Of a DNA stretch of 64,000 nt, positions 25,719 to 36,959 are shown one piece after another. Within the stretch, counting starts at the first letter, position 1; every line of letters starts with the position of its first letter. The DNA is from Octopus vulgaris. Lineage: Eukaryota. The stretch spans positions 42,222,001 through 42,286,000 of the forward strand of contig OX597825.1 of assembly GCA_951406725.2 (NCBI GenBank), written 5' to 3'. Below the pieces are notes generated by a model, which saw nothing but the letters and a program-made list of their open reading frames with translations, did not search any database and was not told the DNA's origin. The translations under genes and the position numbers were made by a program.

Positions 25719-27905
25719 TTAGGGACATCCTCATCAAGAAATTTGATGAGAGGGAGGAGGAGCTACAGACGTCGGACATAGAAGGTAGCTGGAAATTCCT
25801 ACGGGACAGCTTGCTGAGTGCCACAGACCAAGTCTGTGGATGGTGCAAAGTTCCTTCCAGACCTAGAGTTACGTGGTGGTGGAATAGTGCAGTAGACAAA
25901 GCCATTAGTTCTAAGAAACAGGCCTGGAGGGATGGGGGTAGCAGGGAACCGTACCAAGTAGCCAAAAGGGAGGCCGGGCGGCAGGTATACATAGCCAAAG
26001 ATATAGCAGAAAAGAAGAAGTTTGCCAATGTCCAGCGACGTGAGGACCAAAGAACTGAGGTATTTCGTATTGCTAGACAGTGTATGAGTGAAAATAGTGA
26101 TGTTACAGGAGAGAAATGTGTCCACATGGATGATGGGGCACTTGCCTTTAATGTTGGTGAAAAGAAAGAGGCTTGGAGAAGCCATTATGAAAGACTGCTG
26201 AATGTGGAGAATGAATGGGAGGAGGAGAGCCTGCCAAATGTTGACCCAGTAGAGGGACCAGCTATCCGAATAGACGGCTCCCTAGTAGATAAAGCAATTA
26301 AGGATATGAAACCGGGTAAAGCCCCCGGCCCATCAGGAATCACTGCTGAGATGCTTAAAACAGCTGGTTATGTGGGCTATGGCCTAGTCACCCGTATTGT
26401 TAACCAGGTAGTTCATAATGGAGTCATACCCAATGACTGGCGTAGCAGCACCATAGTCAACTGCTGCAAGGGTAAGGGTGATGCTCTAGATAGAAATAAC
26501 TACAGGGGTATTAAACTGTTGGATCAGGTGATGAAGACCACAAGGAGGGTCATAACCCATCTCATTAGGGAGAGAATTTGCTTAGATGAGATGCAGTTCG
26601 GTTTTGTGCCAGGTAGAAGCACCACTGATGCTATATTCCTGGTCCGACAACTGCAGGAGAAGTACCTAGCTAAAGATAGACCCCTCTACATAGCTTTTGT
26701 GGACTTGGAGAAAGCCTTTGACAGGGTTCCCCGATCCCTTATTTGGTGGTCGATGCGGAAACTGTTGATTGACGAATGGCTAATAAGGGCTGTACAGGCT
26801 CTATACAGAGAGGCTGTCAGCAAGGTTAGGATTGGCAACGAATATAGTGAAGAATTCCAGGTAGAAGTAGGTGTACACCAGGGCTCAGCCCTCAGTCCCC
26901 TTTTATTCATCATAGTCCTCCAGGCAATAACAGAGGAATTCAAAACAGGTTGCCCCTGGGAGCTCCTCTATGCTGATGACCTGGCCCTCATAGCCGAATC
27001 ACTACCGGAACTAAAAAAGAAATTTCGGGTGTGGAAACAAGGGTTAGAATCTAAGGGCCTTAGAGTAAATGTAGCGAAGACCAAAGTTATAATATGCAGA
27101 AAGGCGAACTCAGCACACACCCCATCGGGCAGGTGGCCCTGCTCGAGCTGTAGGAAAGGTGTAGGTAGAAACTCCATAAGATGCACCCAGTGTAAGCTAT
27201 GGACGCATAAGAGGTGCAGCAACATCAAAGGGAAATTAACTGATAAGATAGCTTTCATGTGCAGCAGATGCGCAGGGACAATAGACACCACAGACACTCA
27301 AAAAACAGATTCCATCACACTCCAGGGGAGAAACTAGAAGTAGTTGATAGTTTCCGCTACCTGGGTGACCAAGTTAGTAGTGGGGGTGGATGCTCAGAGA
27401 GTGTCACCACTAGAATAAGAATAGCCTGGGCAAAGTTTAGAAAGCTCCTACCCCTACTGGCGACAAAGGGTCTCTCACTCAGAGTGAAAGGTAGATTGTA
27501 TGATGCCTGTGTGTGAACTGCCATGCTTCACGGCAGTGAAACATGGGCCGTGACTGCAGAGGACATGCATAGACTTGAAAGAAATGAAGCTAGCATGATC
27601 CACTGGATGTGTAATGTCAGTGTGAATGCACAACAGAGTGTAAGCACCCTGAGAGAAATGCTAGGCATAAGAAGCATCAAATGCGGTGTGCAAGAGCGAC
27701 GCTTGCGATGGTATGGTCATGTACTGCGGATGGATGAGGAGAGATGTGTGAAGAAGTGCCACTCCTGAACAGTTGAAGGAATCAGGGGGAGAGGTAGACC
27801 CAGGAAGACATGGGATGAGGTAGTCAAGCATGACCTCAGAGCGTTGGGCCTCACTGAGGCAATGGCGAAGGACCGAGATCTCTGGAGATGTGCTGTGACT
27901 ACTAA
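25719..27905 (+). pseudogene. RTE reverse transcriptase with an inserted PHD-like Cys/His finger; one frameshift (~27325) and stops at 27514 and 27766
   Basis: 545-aa ORF plus continuing frames FRYLGDQVSSGGG, MLHGSETW, RRLRWYGHV, GRGRPRKTW; no endonuclease domain (truncated). Confidence 0.9.
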
Positions 27906-28059
27906 GACCCGGGATGCTCCCGGCACCAGTTCCGCATACCCGCTGCCCATCCAAAGTGCCTTGGATCCCGGAACATCTCGCTGTGCTTGAGGAGACCTGT
28001 CGAGTCAAGTGCATATACATGAACATCGAACCAAATATCAATGGAAACAGTAGCTGTGA

Positions 28060-28355
28060 TACCTGTGCCGGGGACACATAAAAAGCACCATCCGAACGTG
28101 GCCGTTGCCAGTGCAGCCTCGACTGGCTTCTGTGCCAGTGGCACACAAAAAGCACCATCCGAACGTGGACTGATGCCAACCCCGCCTTGAATGGCTTCTG
28201 TGCCGGTGGCACATAAAAAGCACCATCCGAACGTGACCGATGCCAGCACCGTCTCGCCTGGCTTCTGTGCTGGTGGCACATAAAAAGCACCAACCGATCG
28301 TGGCCGATGCCAGACCCCTCTGGCACCTGTGCAGGTGGCACGTAAAAAGCACCCA
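28060..28355 (+). repeat. About five tandem copies of a ~65-70 bp unit in the RTE 3' UTR
   Basis: Unit ctgtgccggtggcacataaaaagcaccatccgaacgtg.. repeated with divergence. Confidence 0.9.
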
Positions 28356-28518
28356 CTACACTCGTGGAGTGGTTGGCGTTAGGAAGGGCATCCAGCTGTA
28401 GAAACACTGCCAGATCAGACTGGAGCCTGGGGCAGCCCCTGGCTCCCCAGACCCCGGTCGAACCATCCAACCCGTGCTAGCGCGGAAAACGGACGTTAAA
28501 CGATGATGATGATGATGA

Positions 28519-28680
28519 TGAATGCAATAAATTCTTCTCTGCCAGTCTAGACACAAACAATGTTGCTTATTTAACTCCCTGACGAGGTCATTGAGTTCTG
28601 GCTGATTAAAAACTTGTGCCACTGATGAGGTCCCTTCAAAATCCCTGACATCATGACTACTGTCCTCTGCACTCTTCAAT
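28519..28680 (-). mobile_element. Chapaev3-like transposase relic, upstream part
   Basis: QVFNQPELNDLVREL..EKNLLH joins SETKIIYY at 25718 once the RTE is removed. Confidence 0.75.
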
Positions 28681-30660
28681 AAATCTCTCATGCCTCTTCT
28701 CCTTCCGTTGCTCTGCATTGGTGATATTCTCTTTCCATGGCACTGTCAACTCTAGCAAAATTACAATTTTCCATTCTGTGTTCCATAGGATTAAGTCAGG
28801 TCTTTTTGTTGTTTTTATGAATGGAAATATTAACAGTCTTTCCAAATCCATGGCCAGCTCCCAGAATCCCTTTCATGTTTCCTTTGTCTTGTATATTTTA
28901 TTTGAAGGCCTAGTCTTATGTCCTTTTCCCTCCTTCTGGAAGTATATTTTTCTTCACTTTTCCACTTTTAGGTATTCTCTCCTTGAGTGCTGTGCTTATA
29001 CCACCGAGGACTTGATTGTGACACCATGTATATCTGTCTAGTGCTAGCCTGCAATTTGACAGAACATGTCTCACTGTTCCTTTCTCTCCACATCTACATA
29101 CATTAGTCGTTTGTATGTTCCACTGAACAAAATTTGTCGGTGAAGGTAAAGCGTCGAAGATAGACTTGATCACGAAGAATGTCCTTGCTTGTTCTCAAGC
29201 CCAAATTTCCTTCCATGAGATTTTCTAACTGCCTACGTATTCCTCCCATTTCAGACACTGACCCTGTTGACTAAATTGCACCAAATGTACATTTCGCCTT
29301 TCTTCTTCCTCCTTTCTCACTTCGTGTACCACTGCCTCTTTCATCTCTTTTACACTGCTCATGCAAAATGGTTTGAAATTGTGCAACCCTAGGCCGGCTC
29401 TTGCTTCTTGCATTGCTCTGACTGTATCAGCATGCCTTAGCTTTCCAGGCGCCCTGTTTACTTCCTCTTTCGCTTTCCATTTCCTCCATCCTCTTACATT
29501 TGGAGGGTTTTCTTGGATGCTTTGATCTTTGAATATTTTACCATCATTACTGTCCTTGACTTTCCTGCCTTATATTCTTCGGCGATTGATGTTTACTTCT
29601 TTTTGGACTCCTTTCACGAAAGCTACACTTCAAGATTTTTTGGCTTTGAATTTCATTGTCACCCAGAGTATTAGTTCATCCAACCACTCTAATATTCCAT
29701 CTGATGCTTCTCTACTTTCTGATAATACAGTAACATCAACCATAAAAGCCCTTAACGGTGTCTTTGTAACAGATTACTCACAAGTTGTTGATCTTAGTAA
29801 CATCTCCATGACTAGCACAAATAAGATGACTGATATCTGGTATCCAGCTGCAATACTTACTTCAAGCCATTGCCACTCCATTGTGAACTTTCCTGGTGTA
29901 AGTCTCATCCTCAATTTATCATAGTAACACATGAGCATTCGTTGTGCTTGCTTTTCTAATGAACTCATCCATTTCTTTCCGTTTAATGTCACCCGAATCG
30001 AATGGTACCCTTGGTTCAGATGGTTTCTTCAGCCTGAGCATTTCTGGGAGTACCTTATTTCTATCAGTGTGACTGTATGTCCCTTTAAGATGGTGTTTGA
30101 GCTCTTCTTTAGTGCAATCTAATCTTCCGCTCTTACTTTCAGTAAACAAACATTTAGTATATTGATATGGATTGTTTACAAAGCTATGATAATTTTTTTC
30201 CTCTCCTTTCTTCTGTTTTTCTTTCCTTTCTTAGTTGTTCTCGATGCCTCTTTTTTATCTCCTCATATAGCTGTATTTAACTCTTCTCTTTCCTCCGCCT
30301 CCGTTGCATGCATCTATCTCATTCTGAATTTTTCTTCTCTTCTTGTACCTTTGTGATCTGTCTTTCTTTCCTCAATGGTCCACCCTTTGCCGCTGATTCT
30401 CCATTCCCTGTTGTTTCAAGTCCAAATCCTTTCTCTCCTTCCTGATAGATTATATTAGCCAAGTTCTCGAGCTTTTGTTCATCATCCCTTAGAATTTGGT
30501 GGTCATTCTTGCTACCACATCATTGAATTTCTTATAGCTTGCTGCATCATTTGCCACTTAATCTTTGGCTTCTTCATATCTATCTCTTTTCTTGGCTGTT
30601 CCAATTCAACAGTGGAATGACCCTCACTATGGTTTCTTTCCAGGATGTTCTGGCCATACA
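28680..30660 (-). mobile_element. Second decayed HERO-clade element with internal deletions
   Basis: KRPDLILWNTEWKIVILLELTVPWKENI (RLE), CRCGEKGTVRHVLSNC..RYTWCHNQVL, WQWLEVSIAAGYQISVILFVLVME. Confidence 0.85.
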
Positions 30661-30669
30661 TCTTCTGGT

Positions 30670-30815
30670 TTTTCAACCCACACTGTTGAATCACAAGGGT
30701 TTGGTCGGACTGAGACTATAGTAAAAGACACAAGGTGTCATGCAATGGGACTGAACTTGGAACCATGTGGTTGGGAAGCAAGCTTTTTTCCACACAATCA
30801 TGGCTGCACTTATGT
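30670..30815 (-). mobile_element. tRNA-derived SINE head
   Basis: Minus strand gtgcagccatgattgtgtgg..cttcccaaccacatggttccaagttcagtcccattgcatgacaccttg. Confidence 0.8.
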
Positions 30816-31089
30816 TTAATTATTATAACCAGCCTGACAGGGAACTGTATTACTATGTTAGACAAATAAGACCTAGAGCACTAGTCTAATTGCTAAAACA
30901 TGTTTTGAGTAATCAGTCCTTTGTACTGATGTCAAATCTTACTGGTATCAAATTTGGTTTGCATCCCTCCCTATGTATAAGAATGACAAGAACTGATTTA
31001 TTTTCATGAAATAAATTAATGATATTCTTTTCTTACACATTTGCATTGTAAGAATATGTTATATATTGGCTTCAAAGATAGGTACATGG

Positions 31090-31290
31090 TCAGCAATTTC
31101 AGGGGGAAGGAGAAAGTCAATTACATCAACCCCCAGTATTAAACTGGTACTTATTTTATCAGCCCTGAAAGGATGAGCAGCAAAGTTGACTTTTGTAGAA
31201 TTTGAATTCAGAAGGTAAAGACATCTGAAATGCCACTAAGTATTTTGTCCAGTCTGCTAACAATTCTGCCAGCTTGCTGCCTCAGAATAT
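31090..31290 (-). mobile_element. Second SINE type (CORE-like domain)
   Basis: Minus strand ..gtcaactttgc..catcctttcagggctgataaaataagtaccagt..ctgggggttgatgtaattgac; related degenerate copy at ~49650-49830. Confidence 0.7.
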
Positions 31291-31304
31291 ACAGTATACT
31301 AAAC

Positions 31305-31474
31305 ATAGGTGCAGGCATGACTGTGTGGAAAAAAGCTTGCTTCCCAATCACATGGTTCCAAGTTCAGTTTCATTGCATGACACCTTGTGCAAGTGTCTTT
31401 TACTATAGCCTCAGGTCAACCAAAACATTGTGAGCAGATTTGGTTGACAGAAACTGAAAGAAGCTCATTATGTG

Positions 31475-31547
<73 letters not shown>

Positions 31548-31745
31548 ATACATGTGTGTGTCCTTGTGTCTGTGTTTGTCCAGCACCAAACAACTGGTGA
31601 TGATGTGTTTATGTCCCTGTAACTTAGTAGTTCAGTAAAAAGAGACTGATGAAATAATAAATTAAAAAGCAAGTACTGGGGTCGATTCATTTGACTAAAA
31701 GTTCTTCAAGGTGGTGCCCCAGCATGGCCACAGTATAATGACACA
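31305..31745 (+). mobile_element. Full-length tRNA-derived SINE with internal (TG)n
   Basis: A/B-box-like head, gaaactgaaagaagc, (TG)n, then the 3' domain ending ggtgccccagcatggccacag. Confidence 0.88.
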
Positions 31746-31934
31746 CAGATAAAAGTTAGACAATATATTATTAATAGCCAGATAGGAGAAGAAGAAATGT
31801 AAATTAGAATTGTGAATGTTTGGATGCAGTTGTCTGATTTTAATGGAAATATTTTTATGTTGGATAAGATTACACTGAAGAGTTATATGTTTACATCCAG
31901 TTACTAACAGACAGAAGCTGTGCACTAATCTTTC

Positions 31935-31987
<53 letters not shown>

Positions 31988-32290
31988 TTTGGGATTTATT
32001 TCCTGTATTTTTTTTGTCTGAATTCAAGCCAGCACTAACAAAGTGGCAAGTTGCTTTTGTTTAAATCAAGACAGTTCTTAGGGTTTAAGGTTATCTGAAT
32101 CGCTTGGCGTATGCCTATATGTATGCATGTTGTGTGCATGTGTGTAGATAAACTTTCATTTGTTGGTATGCATACCACAATAGAACATAAGTGTGTATGT
32201 TTGATTACTATTGATGAATGGTCAATGTATACGTATTTGGGGTGTGTGTGTGTGTATGTATGTGTGTTTGTGTGTGTATGTATGTGTGTT

Positions 32291-32339
<49 letters not shown>

Positions 32340-32344
<5 letters not shown>

Positions 32345-32462
32345 AATTTATATAAATAAGGATAAGATCATTATTTAAAATACCAATCATATCAAGTGGC
32401 CAGTATAGGAATAAAAACCTTATAGGTAATAATTATTATTAAAATTATAAGTATTCGCATGT

Positions 32463-32499
<37 letters not shown>

Positions 32500-32715
32500 A
32501 ATTATGTACCATCTATGTATATCCCACTGGTGAGGCAGAGTATAATTTTATGTAAAGCCAGAAATCTAGATCTGGGATTATCCAATAACTTTTTGCTAGT
32601 TTATTTGTTTCTTTGTCTTTTCTCCTTGTGCTGTATGAATATTTGATGTGGTTTTAGAGTCAAGTTTTGACTGTTATCTCTAGTATGGTGGTATCTTTTA
32701 GATACCCTTCATTAC

Positions 32716-32725
<10 letters not shown>
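32340..32725. mobile_element. Hammerhead-bearing PLE-like terminal repeat split into two oppositely oriented pieces within (TA)n
   Basis: 32340-32455 matches 39805-39915 directly; 32497-32725 matches 39910-40130 in reverse complement. Confidence 0.75.
32521..32578 (+). ncRNA. Type I hammerhead ribozyme motif (copy with A6G change)
   Basis: atccca-CTGGTGA-ggc...gcc-a-GAAA-tctaga-TC-tgggat; 6-bp stem I, palindromic stem III ATCTAGAT. Confidence 0.7.
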
Positions 32726-32751
<26 letters not shown>

Positions 32752-32754
32752 AAC

Positions 32755-32965
32755 ATAAAGGTCATTTGCCAACCTAATGTGGCATCCCAGTTGGGACAAA
32801 TGCTATTGTTGTTTAGCCTCAGGAGACATTGTCATCAGCTGGTTATATGGCATACAATCATTGAGTGTCGAATACCCAGCTGGAGATGATGTCTCTCAGT
32901 GCTAAACAACAGTAGCATTTATCCCAACTGGGACTGCCACATTAGGTTGGCAAATAATCTTTACT
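32755..32965. repeat. Hairpin/MITE-like element with ~88-bp inverted arms next to (TA)n
   Basis: atttgccaacctaatgtggca.tcccagttggga.aaatgcta.tgttgtttagc / gctaaacaacagtagcatttatcccaactgggactgccacattaggttggcaaat. Confidence 0.85.
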
Positions 32966-33007
32966 TTAAAGTACTGCTCCTGAATATTTCATGCTGTGAG
33001 ATTTAGG

Positions 33008-33051
<44 letters not shown>

Positions 33052-33176
33052 TACATATATTTATTAACATTTAAGCCTTCTGTAGTTTTTTCACTCTTTA
33101 CTATTTTCTATATATTCACCCACGTGCTTTCACAAACCAACTTTCTTATCTATATATTAAACACGTGAGACCGAAA

Positions 33177-34504
33177 ATGCCACAGAAGACCAACACCTCG
33201 GATAAAACCACAAATGAGGAATACTCAAAGAACTGAAAAATATTAATACACAGCTTATTAACCTGAACAACAAAATCGAGGAATCAAACCTACTCGCCCG
33301 GGAAAGTAAAAGCAATGAAGATACAACTCGCTACACTGATCAGGTTAGTAAGGATTTGCAACTGTTATACACAACACTAAATTCAATTTTCATCAACAAA
33401 TCCGACAATAAAAAACACACACCAAATGAAACACAGCAGGACATCATACGCACCCAAATTAACCCAGCAAAAGAAAAATAGGAAACATTTGGAATACAAA
33501 CCTGCACAACAGAAAACTCGCCTTCTGGAACATGATAAAAAATTCCAACAAACAGATATATACGAGGGATGGATGAACTCAACACCAATTATCCTCCCAC
33601 GCAAATTCCAGATAAAATTAATTCCTAACGAGCCTGACGGACAGAGAACTATTAGGGAAAAGTCAGCTCTGTTCAATTTAAGATCAGAAATAGAGCTTCT
33701 AAGACTAAGAGCCTCCACAAATGAGGAAAAATTTAAAAGCATCGACGAGGAGATGCACAATATAATACAGAAACATACCGAGGGACAACCCCTCGAAAAT
33801 ACATTAGATCATTGGAAGGATACCTGTGAAAAAAAGAGAGAAATTCTCTCCTGCGCTGGGAGAAAAACATGGACTTCTTCCAAAAATATAGTGCAACTTT
33901 CAAAAATGAATTGGGTACAAATAATCCCTTCCTTAAGAAAATTACAAAAAATAAAAAAGAAAAACCAAACAACCCACGAACAACCCCCAACTATCCTCCA
34001 TACACTAAAAACAGAAATCACCCACAACCAACCTTTGCAAACCACGCAAGACCTAACAGGGAACTAGCTGACAGACGACGCGTCTATGAAATAAATTACA
34101 CCAAAAACAGAACACACCAACAACATCCTAATACCAGACCCAACCACCATACAGCACAAAACGACACTAGAATAAGAAATATACCACACACAAGTCGCTA
34201 CTACCCCATGAACCAAAATTACTGGTCCCCACTAAACACAAGACAAACGCAAAAAAACACTATGTCAAGCAACATCCCACATACAAGCAGTTCGAAACAA
34301 AAATATTTCTCATACAGAAATTTTACACACACCACAAACAAAAACAACCATAGATTCCCACACACACACAACGATCGGGGGCAACAATACCACCACTCCC
34401 CCGACCCAATATCACACAACCTCACAGACAACTCATACAAACAAAATTACACCCAACATTTTTTAGCCAGGGACCAGGACACCAGGACACAGGCTGGAAC
34501 CTAG
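33177..34504 (+). pseudogene. PLE upstream ORF (ORF1), broken by single-base frameshifts; Asn/His/Thr-rich C-terminus
   Basis: ORFs 33426-34067 (WMNSTPIILPRKFQIKLIPNEP..EIELLRLRA) and 33869-34504; ends in tag taa taa. Confidence 0.7.
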
Positions 34505-36811
34505 TAATAAGGAAAAACCGAAGATAATCAATCTTTCAACCAAACCTCTTTCTAACATAAAAATTGACATCCTCTCAAAAGGGCTCAAATTTACACCAAC
34601 TCCACGCAGAGCCAACCTAAATGAAATCAAGGATAATATAACAGAATTTTGCAGAAAATTAAGACTAGCAGAAGCATCAACCAGTTTCAATACTGAAGAT
34701 GAATCACTAGTCAAGAACAAAAGTGAACACATCCCACACAGAGGAAGAACTAAAGATCTTGACGAATTCTGTAACCACATTGAGAACTTTCCCTACCATA
34801 CTATACATAAACAGAAAGTTAACTCAAATTTTAACACTACACAATGGAAAGAACTGATAGAACTTCAAAATGATGAAGATATAACCATTAAGGAAGCAGA
34901 CAAGGGAAATGCAGTTGTAATAATGGATACATCATACTACAGAAATCTTGTAATTTCCTTGCTTGATGACAACCTACATTATGAAAAAATTACCAACTAC
35001 ACCCCACAAAAAATAATGAAAACTCTATCTTCACTATTAAAACCCATGAAAAGGAACTAACAACTAAAGAGATTGACTTCCTAACAAACTTTAAATGCAA
35101 ACCTAGCCTTTTCTATGGTCTGCCAAAAATTCATAAAAGTCAAATTATAAATGAAACCATTAAAAAATCACCAAAGACATACATACACACACCTAACCCG
35201 GGAGACCTAAAACTACGATCCATTGTAGCTGGCCCAACCTGTGAAACACACAGACTAAGTCTTCTTATGGACATCCTCCTGAAACCCTTCCTTAAACATA
35301 TCGATAGCCATATCAGAGATGACTTAGATATGTTAAACCACCTTCCAAAAAAAGCCAAGGAAGAAACAATCCTGGTTTCATTTGATGTAGTTAACTTATA
35401 TACCAGTATACCTCATAATTATGGACTGGAGGCAATACAGTTCTGGTTAGACCAATTTCCGGAAGAAATACCAAAAAGGATCAGTAAAGAATTCATTAAT
35501 AAATCAATTGAATTCATCCTACACAATAACCACTTCATGTTTGACAATACATTTTACCGTCAAAAATCCGGAATTGCTATGGGTACAAGGGACAGCACCA
35601 GTCATTGCGAACTTAACAATGGGATACATGGAAATAATCATTTACCAGGAATCTTTATCAATCTTTGGAAACCCCCTTCTCAATACATAAAAGAGAATTG
35701 GAAACGATTCTTAGACGATTGTTTTATTCTCTGGAATGAAAACACAGATAAACTCCTAAAATTTAAAAACCTATTGAACAGCATAAACCCAAATATACAG
35801 TTCACAATGGAATACAACCAAAAGGAGCTCCCGTTCTTGGATATACTAATTAAAAAATTAACCTTAAAATAGAAACAGACATTTTTTACAAAGCCACAGA
35901 CGCCAAACAATACCTTCTTTTTAATTCATGCCACCCAAGACACATAAAACAAACATCCCCTTCAACCTTGCAAGAAGGATATGCACAATAGTGTCAGAAC
36001 AAAATACCAGGAACTTTAGACTGCAAGAACTCAAAAACACCCTAATTGACAGACATTACCCAGCTCAACTCATAGAGGATGGGATCAGACGTGCAACAGA
36101 AATCAACATAGAAACTTTAAGAAAAGTTCAACACAACAACACACCTTCCCCGAAAATACTACCTTACATATCTACATACAACCCAGAAACAAAGAAGCCT
36201 TCACCATCATCACCCAGAATTTACCAATACTTCATAAAGACCCCAAATTAAAGGAAATTCTAAACATTCACCAAATCATTAAAAGCTACAAACAGCCTAA
36301 ATCACTCAAAAAGATTCTCACAAAGGCAAAATTGTCTTCTGAAATTACGGATGCAAAAGTAAAAAAATGTGGTAGATCGAACTGTGCAACATGTCCTAAC
36401 CTGCTAGAAGGATCAGAATTCCTCTTTAAAGAGGGACAGAAATTCAAGATCAAATCTAACTTTACTTGTGCCTCTGAAAACATAATTTATGTCATAAAAT
36501 GCTCGGGCTGCCACCAAGACTACGTGGGTTCCACGGGACTATCACTCAGACGTAGATGCACACTGCATCGACAACAGATTGCATTCCCAGAATATAGAAT
36601 GATACCTTTTAGTGAGCACATTGAGAAATGCGCAAAGCAACTACTACCACAATTTTTAATCTTTCCATTTTACCAATGTGCTTTCGGATCATCAACACAA
36701 ATTAGACTAAACAAGGAAACATTCTTCATTGAAAAGTACAAGCCCAGACTCAACCATCCGAACATACTGATACAGAGAAATTCACACCAAGAGAAAAGAA
36801 AAAATTTTTAA
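34467..36811 (+). pseudogene. PLE RT plus GIY-YIG endonuclease polyprotein, several 1-nt frameshifts
   Basis: IINLS..LSKGLKFTPT, KEADKGNAVV, FYGLPKIHK, SFDVVNLYTSIP, GIAMGT, WKRFLDDCF, PFLDILI, IIYVIKCSGCHQDYVGST..RCTLHR..FSEH. Confidence 0.92.
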
Positions 36812-36920
36812 GCGATTATCTCCCTTACACTGGAAGAAATCACTCACTACCTTTCCTTATTTAGAACTCTCCTGTACATAAACATAACGAAAACTCTATT
36901 CAACATAAACATAACGTCGC

Positions 36921-36959
36921 AAGAAATTTGAAAAGCTACACGCGAAACCGGTCTTTCTT
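36921..36959 (+). ncRNA. Minimal hammerhead motif, U3-A8 variant, in the PLE 3' UTR
   Basis: aagaaa(t)-TTGAAAA-gc(tacac)gc-GAAA-ccgg-TC-tttctt; stem I is one base out of register. Confidence 0.65.

Larger units (their letters stand above)
25719..28518 (+). mobile_element. Young 5'-truncated RTE-clade LINE with (GAT)n tail
   Basis: RT ORF with KAPGPSG, NYRGIKLL, QFGFVPGRST, AFVDLEKAFDRV, GVHQGSALSPLLF, LLYADD; TGAAT duplicated at both junctions; GC-richer than the flanks. Confidence 0.95.

Noticed and set aside
28060-28355. CRISPR-like repeat/spacer appearance
   Set aside because: The intervening segments are homologous to each other, the context is a eukaryotic LINE 3' UTR, and there are no cas genes.
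25573-28470. Long minus-strand ORFs (184, 128, 269 aa) over the RTE
   Set aside because: Antisense shadows of the GC-richer LINE and its tandem repeats.
28618-28650. CTGATGA motif near the RTE tail
   Set aside because: Lies in transposase coding relic; no GAAA or stems.
31305-31385. tRNA gene call for SINE heads
   Set aside because: Only A/B-box-like remnants; no cloverleaf; followed by SINE body.
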